DNA of 64,000 bases from Terriglobia bacterium (GTDB taxonomy: Bacteria; Acidobacteriota; Terriglobia; Acidiferrales; UBA7541): the NCBI GenBank assembly GCA_963695545.1, contig OY968796.1, positions 1 to 64,000 of the forward strand, given 5' to 3'. A model generated the notes under the pieces. The model worked only from the letters and a program-made list of their open reading frames with translations, was not told where the DNA came from and searched no databases. The first letter of the stretch is position 1. Each line of letters opens with the position of its first letter. Position numbers and translations under genes: made by a program. Positions 10,000-19,275 of this stretch are shown here, one piece after another.

Positions 10000-10417
10000 G
10001 AAACGCAAGGCGCGTGCGGTCGTTGACACAAGCGTGCTCGTGGCGGGCATCTCGGGCTTCAGGGAACCGTTCGTTTCCGGCAGGAATCCGAGTGCTGATG
10101 TACTCCATCGGTGGGTCGAGCGGAACAATTTCGTCTGGCTCGTTACCGAGGACATTTTGGATGAATACAAGGAAATTCTGAAGCGCCTCCGTGTTCGTCC
10201 GAATCTCATCGGCAAAATCATCAACCTGATCCGCGAGCGGGCCGAAGGGGTGAAGGTGCGCTCGTCGGTTGAAATTTCACCCGATCCAGACGACGACCCG
10301 TTCTGTCTTTGCGCTGAACAAGGGAAGGCTGATTTTATCGTCACGTTGAATCCGAAAGACTTCCCTGAAGATCATCTCAAGGCAATGGTAGTTCCCCCTA
10401 GTCTGTTTGCGGCGTGA
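9965..10417 (+). CDS. PIN-domain (PIN_3-type) toxin
   Basis: AVVDTSVLV, EY..IL, DPDDDPF, ADFIVTLNPKDF. Confidence 0.9.
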   Translation: MRQRSPLPQKVRKRKARAVVDTSVLVAGISGFREPFVSGRNPSADVLHRWVERNNFVWLVTEDILDEYKEILKRLRVRPNLIGKIINLIRERAEGVKVRSSVEISPDPDDDPFCLCAEQGKADFIVTLNPKDFPEDHLKAMVVPPSLFAA

Positions 10418-10783
10418 GAAAGATATCGGCATCGCGAGAATCGCAAGACCAAGGTAGTTCGGATTGTGCGTCGTCTAATTTTGAGTTGCTCCCTAACAAA
10501 CTTAGCGGTGCGGAGCTTCCTTCGCCAACGGAAAACCTTCGTTGGTAGTTAGTGTGCTTCCTGGCGCAAAAGGGTGAATGAATTAAAAAAGTCGGCGATC
10601 TCTTTACTTGTGGGCGAGTCGTAGATCGGCCCGATGGCAATGAGGAGATACGAACGCTTACCAACTGAGATCGAAAACCTGCTCTCGACGGCTTGAGTAT
10701 CCTGAAATTTCTTCGTGAGCGTATAGGTGATGGAAGTGTGTTCTTGGCGGGTGGCGCGGAGGATTCGGTTATACTGCACGAAT

Positions 10784-11204
10784 ATGATCGATCCAGTCCT
10801 TCTAAAGGTATATCACACTACGAAATTTATCGTATATACCCCACACAAGGAAGTTGTGCTGACCATCGGGGAGCGCAATCCAGCGTTGGACGATTTGATG
10901 GGAGGGTCCGATTCTCAAAGTGGGGCTTTCATTACTGCATGGAATCCACGTTCGTTGAGACTTCTTGACGCGAAAAACCAGGCACGACAGACTGAACTGA
11001 TCACAGAAGCGCGAAAACGTGGGTACGTCTTTCTGATGGGCCGAGGAGTGGGTCAAGATGAGGGGTGGCCACCCGAAGCGAGCATTTTCATCATGGGAAT
11101 ACCCGTAGACGCTGCATTGGAATTGGGCAAGCTCTTCGGGCAGCTAGCAATCGTCTTTGCGGAGCGTGGGCAGGCCCGTAGAACTGCTATTGTGCCCAGA
11201 ATGA
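10784..11204 (+). CDS. DUF3293 family protein (probable frameshift near C-terminus)
   Basis: GAFITAWNPRS..NQARQ..WPPEAS..LGKLFGQLAIV. Confidence 0.75.
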
Positions 11205-11389
11205 GGGGACTTCCCAGAACGTGCAGCGAGATGAGAGGGATCGATGGACCGACGGACAAATATGGCATGCGGCGCATGGAGAGCAGTGCACAACCGCTGC
11301 CGGTAATCAGTTGCAGACAATGAGACGACGCCATTTCAAGTGACTACTTTTCATGATCGGGTTGGCCGCAACGAGGAAGGACGGCCATT

Positions 11390-14116
11390 ATGAGCGTTCC
11401 GGTTTTCAGCATAACGAAACGAGACGGCAGAAGTGTAGTTGTTTTCAAGCGCGATGGCATTGTGGAAGGTTGGGCGTATCTCGATGAAATGAGCGAAAAA
11501 GATCGCGCCGAAATTTTACACATACTAGAAACTCAGGAAATGAACGACCTCAGGAAGATTGATGTCAAGGAAATGGCTAAAGGACTACGACAACCAGCCC
11601 CCGAAGCGGCGTACAAGAAGGGTGATGTCATTGGCGGCCAGTACGAAGTTCGTAGTCTGCTGGGCAGGGGTGGCTTTGGGGAAGTGTATTTGGTCTTCAC
11701 CCGAATGCCGCGCGTGGTCCTTGCGCTGAAGACCTTTCGTCAAGAGTTTCTTGCGGATGCCGAAGCGAAAGAAAACTTCAAACGCGAAGCACTCGTGTGG
11801 CTGAACCTCGAGGATCACCCGTTCATCCTGGCGGCGCGTTTTGTGGACGAGCGCTCCGGTCGGCTCTTTGTCGGGATGGACTATATCGCTCCTGATGATC
11901 GAGGGCGGGTGAGCTTGGCCGACCATCTAGCGCGAGCCCAGGGGCCGCTGGAGACCGATCAAGCACTGCTGTGGGCGAGTATGTTTTGCTATGGCATGGA
12001 GCACGCCAACCAGCGCGGCATCAAGTCCCACCGGGACATCAAGCCGACCAACATCCTCATCCGGCAGGACGGCACGCTCCTCATCAGCGATTTCGGTCTG
12101 GCGGCAGCAGCGGAGGTGGCGTGGAAGGGGCGGGGCGGCTCGTGGGAGAGCGCGGGAGAGGAAGGCTTCGTCGGCTTGAGCCTATTCCAGACGGTGGGCA
12201 AACGGGTCTGTGGCACACCGGGGTACCTTGCGCCGGAGGTATTCCGTGGGGAAGGGGCAGACGTGCGGAGTGACATCTACAGCTTCGGCCTGGTGTTGTG
12301 GCAGATGGCGGCAGGCAGCCAAGCGCCCCCATTTGCGGTGGGTGTGGCGCCGCCGCGTAGTCCCCGTGACACCGAGCGCTACGCGCTCGAGATCTACGAG
12401 GGGCAGATGAGGAACCGTGCGCCGGCGGTGGGTGAGCCGCTCGAGGCGGTCATTGAGCGTTGCCTGGCGGCTGAGCCCTCAAAACGTTTCGCCAGTTTCA
12501 CGGGGTTACGAGTGGAACTTGAGCGGGCACTCCAACACCGTACCGGACGAATTGTTGTACCGCCGCCAGTTGGCGAGCGTGATTCGGCGTTCTGGATCTT
12601 CAAGGGCGTTTCATTCATTGCGCTAGGCCGACATGACGATGCTGTCGTTTGCTTTGTGAAGGCTCTGCAAATGGACCCGCACAATGCCATAGCGCACAAC
12701 AACCTCGGCAAGGCGCTCAGCGACAGAGGAGATTTGGACGGGGCCATCGTCGAATGGCGAACGGCAGTTCGCCTCCAGCCGGACGATGCCGTTGCACACA
12801 ACAACGTCGGCAAAGCGCTTTACGACAAAGGCGATCTGGACGGAGCCATCGCCGAATACCGCGCTGCGGTCGGTCACCAACCGAACTTCGCCCTAGCTCA
12901 CAGCAATCTCGGGAAAGTGCTTTTCGACAGAGGCGATCTGGACGGCGCTATCAGCGAGTACCGCACGGCCATTTGCTTCGAGCCAGACCTTGCGTTAGCT
13001 CACCAAAACCTCGGCGTCGCGCTACACTTCAATGGCGATCTGGATGGCGCCATCGCCGAGTACCGCACTACGCTTCGGCTTCAGCCGGACGACGCCATGA
13101 CGCACAATAACCTTGGCATTGAGCTCCAGGCTAAAGGCGATCTGGACGCAGCCATCATCGAATACCACGCGGCCGTTCGGCTCCAGCCGGACAATGCTAA
13201 GGCGCACACTAACCTCGGCAGCACGCTCTATGCCAAGGGAGATCTGGACGGGGCCATCGGCGAGTGGCGCACTGCGGTTCGCCTCCAGCCGGACGCCATA
13301 GCGCACCACAACCTCGGCAAAGTGCTCAGCGACAAGGGCGATCTGGACGGGGCCATCGCCGAATACCGCACGACCGTTCGCCTCCAGCCGGACGACGCCA
13401 TGGCGCACACGAACCTCGGCACCGCACTCTGGACGAAGGGTGATCGTGAGGCGGCTTTGGAGGAATTCCACAGGGCCTGCAGTCTCGTTGGTTTTAATCA
13501 GCTTGCAGAACAATTGATCTCGAAGAGGCAGTGGGTTGCGGCCAGATCATTGCTTGAGGAGGCGATCCGACATATGCCGATGGATTGGAAGCCCGTGCAG
13601 AATGATTCGGTTACCTTTCGCGCACGCATTTGTGCATGCTGGGATAAAGAAGAATTCTTGGCCTATGTCGGAGCCAAAAGGGCAGAGGGGAATCTCGATA
13701 ATAAGTGGATTGCCGAATCTTATTCGAAAGCTTGGCTTCAATTGGCAGTAATTGCAGTGGAGGAAGGAAATCTTAAGAATGCCCTTATTTGTATTGAGTC
13801 AGGATTGGCACTTGAACCAGATCACCCTTTGCTCTGGAGCGAAAGAGGCTTTATCTTGGCCCGCCAGGCACAGTATGCAGATGCGTTGCGGAGTTACCAA
13901 CGCGCCGCGACGGTTCGTGATTGGGCTCCGCCCTATCAAATTGCGAAAGCCTTGCGCGGACAGGGCGCTACGTTGGTGGAGCTGAAACGCATTGACGAAG
14001 CGGAAGAGGCCATCAAGCGATCACTGGTCCTTGATCCCACAAGCAAGATCGGCAGGAATGAACTCGAATACATCATCCAACTTCGAAGAGTGTGCAAGGA
14101 AAAAGGCTCACAATAA
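11390..14116 (+). CDS. Hanks-type Ser/Thr kinase with TPR array
   Basis: GRGGFGEVY, ALK, HRDIKPTN, DFG, GTPGYLAPE; more than 10 TPRs; no TM segment. Confidence 0.93.
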   Translation: MSVPVFSITKRDGRSVVVFKRDGIVEGWAYLDEMSEKDRAEILHILETQEMNDLRKIDVKEMAKGLRQPAPEAAYKKGDVIGGQYEVRSLLGRGGFGEVYLVFTRMPRVVLALKTFRQEFLADAEAKENFKREALVWLNLEDHPFILAARFVDERSGRLFVGMDYIAPDDRGRVSLADHLARAQGPLETDQALLWASMFCYGMEHANQRGIKSHRDIKPTNILIRQDGTLLISDFGLAAAAEVAWKGRGGSWESAGEEGFVGLSLFQTVGKRVCGTPGYLAPEVFRGEGADVRSDIYSFGLVLWQMAAGSQAPPFAVGVAPPRSPRDTERYALEIYEGQMRNRAPAVGEPLEAVIERCLAAEPSKRFASFTGLRVELERALQHRTGRIVVPPPVGERDSAFWIFKGVSFIALGRHDDAVVCFVKALQMDPHNAIAHNNLGKALSDRGDLDGAIVEWRTAVRLQPDDAVAHNNVGKALYDKGDLDGAIAEYRAAVGHQPNFALAHSNLGKVLFDRGDLDGAISEYRTAICFEPDLALAHQNLGVALHFNGDLDGAIAEYRTTLRLQPDDAMTHNNLGIELQAKGDLDAAIIEYHAAVRLQPDNAKAHTNLGSTLYAKGDLDGAIGEWRTAVRLQPDAIAHHNLGKVLSDKGDLDGAIAEYRTTVRLQPDDAMAHTNLGTALWTKGDREAALEEFHRACSLVGFNQLAEQLISKRQWVAARSLLEEAIRHMPMDWKPVQNDSVTFRARICACWDKEEFLAYVGAKRAEGNLDNKWIAESYSKAWLQLAVIAVEEGNLKNALICIESGLALEPDHPLLWSERGFILARQAQYADALRSYQRAATVRDWAPPYQIAKALRGQGATLVELKRIDEAEEAIKRSLVLDPTSKIGRNELEYIIQLRRVCKEKGSQ
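12692..13480 (+). repeat. Eight ~102-bp coding TPR tandem repeats
   Basis: Recurrent GGCGATCTGGACGG..ATC..GAATACCGC..CAGCCGGAC. Confidence 0.9.
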
Positions 14117-14445
14117 AGACTGTCAAACATCCAGAAGTAGATTCTACTAGACATATGAAGGTAGTTAGTACCACTTGAAAAAAAAGGCCTGCACAAGAAT
14201 TAGGACGCGCCTTGCTTCTGACCAGTCTACGGATGGCTTCCAGCGCTCCTCAGCTACGCCGACGAGGGAACCAAACATCTCGCCTGTTAAGCCTCTGAGT
14301 CTGTGTTTTAGGTAGCCGCAACCTTTTCTGGACAGAGAGTTCTCAATTCCTCTTCAAGGGCTTTTTTCTCTTTGTGGGCTTTCCCGAGCCTTTCTTCATC
14401 TGTCATATAGTCTGACTCCTATATAAGGGGGAGTAGTCTTTGATT

Positions 14446-14637
14446 TTAACTCTTTTTCTTTTTGGTCAGCCAAATAACGAAAAAACATACCGCCGCTAGA
14501 GACCAAAAATCCAACACATCTTTGGTCAGCGAAGTTGTGAGATTTCCCGTCACTTTCGCGGCGTCCAGACAAACACCAGCAATCCATATCGCCAGAGGTA
14601 TGCCAATCAGAAGGGTTAGTGCTTTTCTGGCTTTCAT
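14446..14637 (-). CDS. Small two-TM protein coupled to the DUF3800 gene
   Basis: Two hydrophobic helices with a basic tail; TAATG stop/start overlap. Confidence 0.55.
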   Translation of the reverse strand: MKARKALTLLIGIPLAIWIAGVCLDAAKVTGNLTTSLTKDVLDFWSLAAVCFFVIWLTKKKKS

Positions 14638-15485
14638 TAGATGTTTCTTTCCGTCCGTTCGTTTGATCTCACGATTGAAACGAATTTGAAGCGGTTGGAT
14701 ATGCTGTCCACCAAACTGTTGTCACACAACCACTGTAGGTATGTTCTCAGATTGAATTTCCGGTCATTCCTTTCGAGGTCTGCCATCTGTGTTCTCATAC
14801 CTGTGAAAGATTCCTGAGTCCACAACTCACATCCAAAACGTTTGGTTTTTTCTAACACGTCCATAGATTTTCGGCGTGGTCTCTTTACCGGACCTACCCT
14901 GTTGTCTAGTTCCTTCATAACCTCTCTTACATATAAATCTCCAATCTGAATGCGCGGATGCTCGCGGGGGGAGAGGAATGATACCTCCTCAAACAGTTTC
15001 GGCCCATTCTTCATCGCCGAAGCGTCGTTTACCAAGATGTGATACAACAAACCAGCGGGATAGTTGCTCTCCGTGCGGCAGTCGAAAGTAAACTTCACAG
15101 TATCGCTAAAGTCATTCTTGGCGCTTTGCGAGATATAAAGAATAGTCTCTAAGAACGCCTTGAGATAAATCATTTCATCCCGCAAATCGGGATAGATGGC
15201 TCTGAACCCACAAATATCCAAAGCTACTCCAAATCCAAAAACACCGCTCGCAGCCAGTATTTGGGTTAAATCTCGATAAAGGTTCTTGTTTTCGTGGTGG
15301 TCCCGCCCCGCATAGTCACCTTGATCTGAGTCACAGTCCGTAGCGTGGAACGGAATGCCGCCAGTTCTCGCTGTCCACTGATCTACCAGCGGCCCCCACA
15401 CCTCGTCCCCGGCGAATACCCCAGCAACGGCAAACACCCGTTGCTTGGTTTCGTCTGCGCTGTCGTCCCCAAAGCAAGTCAACAT
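14637..15485 (-). CDS. DUF3800-like (RNase H-fold) protein
   Basis: FGDDS at N-terminus, PFHATD, FTFD, IQIGDL; low GC. Confidence 0.7.
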   Translation of the reverse strand: MLTCFGDDSADETKQRVFAVAGVFAGDEVWGPLVDQWTARTGGIPFHATDCDSDQGDYAGRDHHENKNLYRDLTQILAASGVFGFGVALDICGFRAIYPDLRDEMIYLKAFLETILYISQSAKNDFSDTVKFTFDCRTESNYPAGLLYHILVNDASAMKNGPKLFEEVSFLSPREHPRIQIGDLYVREVMKELDNRVGPVKRPRRKSMDVLEKTKRFGCELWTQESFTGMRTQMADLERNDRKFNLRTYLQWLCDNSLVDSISNRFKFVSIVRSNERTERNI

Positions 15486-15576
15486 AATGGCAGTGCACCG
15501 CCCATCTTTATCACCCGTGGAGCTTGATTCAGCAAGTGACCAGCCCGAGTTTTTGTACCACGGTGAATGAGAGAGT

Positions 15577-16446
15577 CTACATCACAGCCGTCGACGGCGA
15601 ACCGAGAATTGGCGGCACCAAGGGGCTACAGGCCACCGGCGCCGGTGGCCTGTAGCCCAGCGCTGAGTGCGGACGCAGCGTGTTGTACACCATCCGCCAT
15701 TTCTCGATCACGATCTGCGCTTCCTTCAGCGAGTAAAAAATCTCTCCGTTCAAACATTCATCGCGCAATTTCCCGTTGAAGCTTTCGCAGTAGCCATTCT
15801 CCCAAGGGCTTCCCGGTTCGATGTACAGCGTCCCCGTTCCCACCTTCGCCAGCCAACTCCTCAGCTCCTTGGCCACGAACTCCGGGCCGTTGTCCGAGCG
15901 AATATGTTCCGGAATTCCCCGGTAAAGCATCACGTCCGCCAGCGCTTCGATCACTTCGTATCTCCCCAGCCTTCTCGCCACGCGGATCGCCAGGCACTCC
16001 CGCGTGTATTCGTCGATCAGCGTCAGCATTCGCAGTGTTCGGCCGTCGTGGGTCATCGCGCTCACGAAATCGTAGCTCCACACATGGTTGGCTCGTTCCG
16101 GCCGGAGACGAACACACGATCCGTCGTTCAACCACAGCCTTCCTCGCGGCCTTTGTCCCTGCGGCACTTTCAGCCCTTCGCGCCGCCAGATCCGCTGCAC
16201 CCGATCCTTGCCCACATACCAGCCCCGTGCTTGCAACAGCGCCGTGATCCTCCGATAGCCGAAGCGCCCGTACTCGCTGGCCAGCGCCACGATGTCTCGC
16301 GTCAGCGCGTCTTCATCCGTTCGGTGGATCACCTCGTAGCGTTGTGTCCCTCTCCACTGCCCCAGCAACCGGCAGGCATGCCGCTCTGATACTTGGTAGC
16401 TCTCGCGTGCATGCTCCACCGCGCTACGTCGCCGCTCAGGGCTTAG
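15577..16446 (-). CDS. IS3 transposase OrfB (DDE integrase core)
   Basis: WSYDF, RSDNGPEF, ENGYCESFNGKLRDECLN. Confidence 0.95.
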   Translation of the reverse strand, partial: LSPERRRSAVEHARESYQVSERHACRLLGQWRGTQRYEVIHRTDEDALTRDIVALASEYGRFGYRRITALLQARGWYVGKDRVQRIWRREGLKVPQGQRPRGRLWLNDGSCVRLRPERANHVWSYDFVSAMTHDGRTLRMLTLIDEYTRECLAIRVARRLGRYEVIEALADVMLYRGIPEHIRSDNGPEFVAKELRSWLAKVGTGTLYIEPGSPWENGYCESFNGKLRDECLNGEIFYSLKEAQIVIEKWRMVYNTLRPHSALGYRPPAPVACSPLVPPILGSPSTAVM

Positions 16447-16721
16447 AAGTTTCCCTCTGCCACATCCTTCAGAATTTGCTTCTCCAACGAAAGCTCCGCC
16501 ACCAACCGTTTCAGCTTGGCGTTTTCCCGCTCCAACTCTTTGAGGCGTTTCGCTTGATCCAACTTCAGGCCGCCGTATTCCTTCCGCCAGCGGTAGTAGG
16601 TCTGCGCGGTGATCTCGGCTTCCTTGCAGGCTTGTGGGGTGCTCTTTCCGTTGGCGATTTCAACTTCAACTTGCCGCAGCAGCGTGACGATCTGCTCCGG
16701 CTTGTATCTCCTCATCGGCAT
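16443..16721 (-). CDS. IS3 transposase OrfA
   Basis: HTH 'TYYRWRKEYGG' and leucine zipper 'LKELERENAKLKRLVAEL'. Confidence 0.95.
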   Translation of the reverse strand: MPMRRYKPEQIVTLLRQVEVEIANGKSTPQACKEAEITAQTYYRWRKEYGGLKLDQAKRLKELERENAKLKRLVAELSLEKQILKDVAEGNF

Positions 16722-16827
16722 ACCAGCTTCCCTCCAGAGTGAATTCTCTCTCACTCCCGCTGGTACAAAAAACCCCGGTCAGGTCAGATTCATTAGTCCA
16801 AATCTTCCAGACTATAACTCGAATAGC

Positions 16828-17718
16828 TCATGAACCAGGATTCATCTGCACAAGGGTACCTAGGTCCCGATAGATGCGATCCCGATAATCAGTCACGCAA
16901 CCTAGCTTTAATAGTTTAATCGAAGCAGCATTGCAGTAATGGCGCATCCTCCTGTCGAAGGTAGCAGCCTCGACATAAGGCAGAGCACAAACATGGGCGA
17001 GGTCTGAAAAATCACCAGTTTCGGGAACGTCCCCGTGATTGGCCATTAATGCTCGATACGTTTCCTGGTAGAGGCGAAGCCCTGGGCAGCAGTTAGGGCT
17101 TTGATATACCCATTCAGCAAACTCCTCCTCCCGGCCATGTGGCAGGTGAATCTTCCGCGTAGTGGCGCGCAGGCTGATATTTCGAACAAAATGGGGGCGT
17201 GCCGGTGCTTGGCCCGCCCGAAGGCTAGCTCGATCCCGTGCCAGTTGTTGCTGAAATTGCGGAAGATGATGCTCCAGTGGGGCAAACACCTCAGGGTTAT
17301 CGCGATGCATGAGGTGGACGATCTCGTCGAGACGAAAATTGATCCAGTTGTCGGTTACCGAGCACCTTTGCCCAGGAGCCAACAGCAGCACGTGATCCCA
17401 TCGGGTCGTATATACACAGGGGCTTTCGTATTCAGTTTCTTCCTCAAAGGCGCGAACTGCGGAGTAAATCTCAAGGCCGATGATCGGCACTTCCATGAGG
17501 TAGGTATGGGGCATTCGCTCAAGGGACTGGAGCAGAGGCCGGATGTCCACGAAATCCACACCCGTCGCTAGCGGAGCCACAAGTTCTCGAACATTTGTGA
17601 ACGAGAGGACATTGAAATGATCACCAGCACGAAGATAGGAGTCATATTCCGCTGGTGCCATAGGCCCTTTATGTTCTAGGAGGTTTATCAGGTCGCGTGA
17701 ATCCAGGAGAATTCGCAT
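16828..17718 (-). CDS. Hypothetical protein with PIN-like motifs (296 aa)
   Basis: N-terminal ILLDSRDL, 'VREL', C-terminal GDFSDLAH..ATFDRRM. Confidence 0.5.
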   Translation of the reverse strand: MRILLDSRDLINLLEHKGPMAPAEYDSYLRAGDHFNVLSFTNVRELVAPLATGVDFVDIRPLLQSLERMPHTYLMEVPIIGLEIYSAVRAFEEETEYESPCVYTTRWDHVLLLAPGQRCSVTDNWINFRLDEIVHLMHRDNPEVFAPLEHHLPQFQQQLARDRASLRAGQAPARPHFVRNISLRATTRKIHLPHGREEEFAEWVYQSPNCCPGLRLYQETYRALMANHGDVPETGDFSDLAHVCALPYVEAATFDRRMRHYCNAASIKLLKLGCVTDYRDRIYRDLGTLVQMNPGS

Positions 17719-17935
17719 TTTTTACCAGGCCATGATGATGCCATGATTTCAGTAGCCGCCCGAAACCAACGCCTTGAACGGCAGTTTTGAATTCGGCGAC
17801 ACTCTGGAGTCCACGCGTCCGGGCAGGCTGGATTCCAGCAGCTCAATCCGCCTGCGAATTTTGTCCATCACAGATTCAACGGTTTCTTCCATTGGATATT
17901 CGTGTCCTCGTAGACGGGCTTTCCTGTGCTCAGGA

Positions 17936-18297
17936 TCAAATCGAAATCCTGTCGACAATATTCCGCGTCACGCACCGCCTGCGATCGTAAATCTGCGTGG
18001 TCCTCGGGTTCGAGTGCCCGGCGAGGTACTGCACGTCCTCGAGGGACACGTTCTGATTAAGAAGATCGGTCACGACCGTGACGCGGAAGCTGTGCGGGGA
18101 GAAGAGGTGCGGTAGACCCGCATCCACGAGACGCCGCTTCATCATATGCCGCATGGAGTCCGCCGCGTATCCCGCTTCAGTCAGTTGCTTGCGCTTGCCA
18201 TCGGCCGCGCGGAAGAGGGGCGTCCGCTGTTCGCCGGAATTCCGCAAGTCGCCGAGGCGCAGCCTGGCGACCGCTCCGGCGCGCGTGCCCGTGTACT
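17936..18297 (-). pseudogene. Truncated, internally deleted tyrosine recombinase
   Basis: YTGTRAGAV..GDL followed too soon by PLFR..SPHSFR..LAGHSNPRTTQIYDRR; N-terminus and catalytic-Lys region missing. Confidence 0.8.
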
Positions 18298-18334
18298 GTG
18301 GAAGAAGAAGGAGCCGCAGCGATGACCATCGAAT

Positions 18335-18613
18335 TCATAGACTGGAACTCAAAGCCTTCATCCAATCATCATAATTATCACTGCCTCGGATAACACCGAA
18401 CCCGTACCTTTCCAGTATTAACATGATCTCCTCCACTGGAATAAATACACCTGGTTTAAATTCCCATATTGCTTTGTCAGTCGATGTCATGGATTTCTTC
18501 TCCAAATAAGAAAGCAGTTCACCATTCAAACCTTTCCAATCAACACCTGGACCTTCGAGTTGTGCCAAACCGTTGAAGGCTATTCCATATTTGTTGACAA
18601 TAGCGGTAGCCAA
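18335..18613 (-). CDS. Hypothetical protein (possibly a fragment)
   Basis: Low-GC ORF with no recognisable motif. Confidence 0.35.
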   Translation of the reverse strand: MATAIVNKYGIAFNGLAQLEGPGVDWKGLNGELLSYLEKKSMTSTDKAIWEFKPGVFIPVEEIMLILERYGFGVIRGSDNYDDWMKALSSSL

Positions 18614-18699
18614 TTCAGACCTCCTTGGAGGCGGTACGCCTCGAACATCATGGAATTTGGTGGAGCGAGCGCGGCTCTTTTGTAGGTCCGCGCCGCTTG

Positions 18700-18879
18700 C
18701 TATGCTTGCTTTTTACTTTCAGAATCGCGGGAAAACAGTTCTTTCTCTGCTGCTGCGATACTCTCAGCAACTGCCCGCGTGTCGTGCTCAAATACACCCC
18801 ACTTTACCTGTACCTTCCATGGATGCGAAGTGCCAGGCTCTTCCCACACATCAAAAAGTTTATGTGATGCCTGTTCCAT
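18700..18879 (-). CDS. Small hypothetical protein (59 aa, MEQASHKLFDVWEEPG...), below the ORF-track cutoff
   Basis: Perfect AGGAGG RBS 8 nt before ATG; translated by hand. Confidence 0.55.
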   Translation of the reverse strand: MEQASHKLFDVWEEPGTSHPWKVQVKWGVFEHDTRAVAESIAAAEKELFSRDSESKKQA

Positions 18880-19045
18880 TTTTTCTTCCTCCTACTGCGG
18901 TCTCCGCAGGATGGCGTAGACGGTCACTTTCTAGCGTCTGCGCCAGCCGTCAGGTGTGCCTCATATATGAGCGGGTTAGTCTAAAAACATCACAAATCGA
19001 CGGTAAGCTCTTAATAATCGAATAGCTGGGAGAGATGCCTGCGTA

Positions 19046-19145
19046 GTGCGGAACCTACGGATGGCTGGAATACAGGAAGACGTCATCATGAAGATCAGCG
19101 GGTACAAGACACAGGGAAATCTTCTCACGGTACAACATCGTGAGG
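19046..19145 (+). pseudogene. C-terminal remnant of a tyrosine integrase
   Basis: VRNLRMAGIQEDVIMKISGYKT, then a frameshift to FSRYNIV. Confidence 0.65.
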
Positions 19146-19221
19146 GCGTTCAGCCCAATCATCGTGCACCAACGGTGTCCTCAGCGAACTGACTGCCGTC
19201 GCTAGCCTTCTCGGGAATCCG

Positions 19222-19251
19222 TTGACTGCGTTATAGCAATTATGCGATAAT
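19222..19251 (+). promoter_or_regulatory. TA promoter with palindromic operator
   Basis: TTGACT-18-GATAAT overlapping TTATAGCA-ATTA-TGCGATAA. Confidence 0.6.
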
Positions 19252-19275
19252 CCAATCGACGAGGCGGGCTCGGAA

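Larger units (their letters stand above)
15537..16786 (-). mobile_element. IS3-family insertion sequence
   Basis: Imperfect terminal IRs TGACC..TTTTTGTACCA..GAGAGA with TG..CA ends; orfA/orfB joined at GGGAAAC. No clear target duplication. Confidence 0.93.

Noticed and set aside
10549..10779. Minus-strand ORF ending FFNSFTL
   Set aside because: Looks like a C-terminal gene stump without a credible start; function cannot be supported.
12692..13480. Regularly spaced DNA repeats as a CRISPR array or DGR
   Set aside because: In-frame ~102-bp TPR coding repeats; no unique spacers, cas genes or reverse transcriptase.
14136..14150. GTAGATTCTACT resembling a Cas12a repeat stem
   Set aside because: Arms are in the wrong order, single copy, no cas genes.
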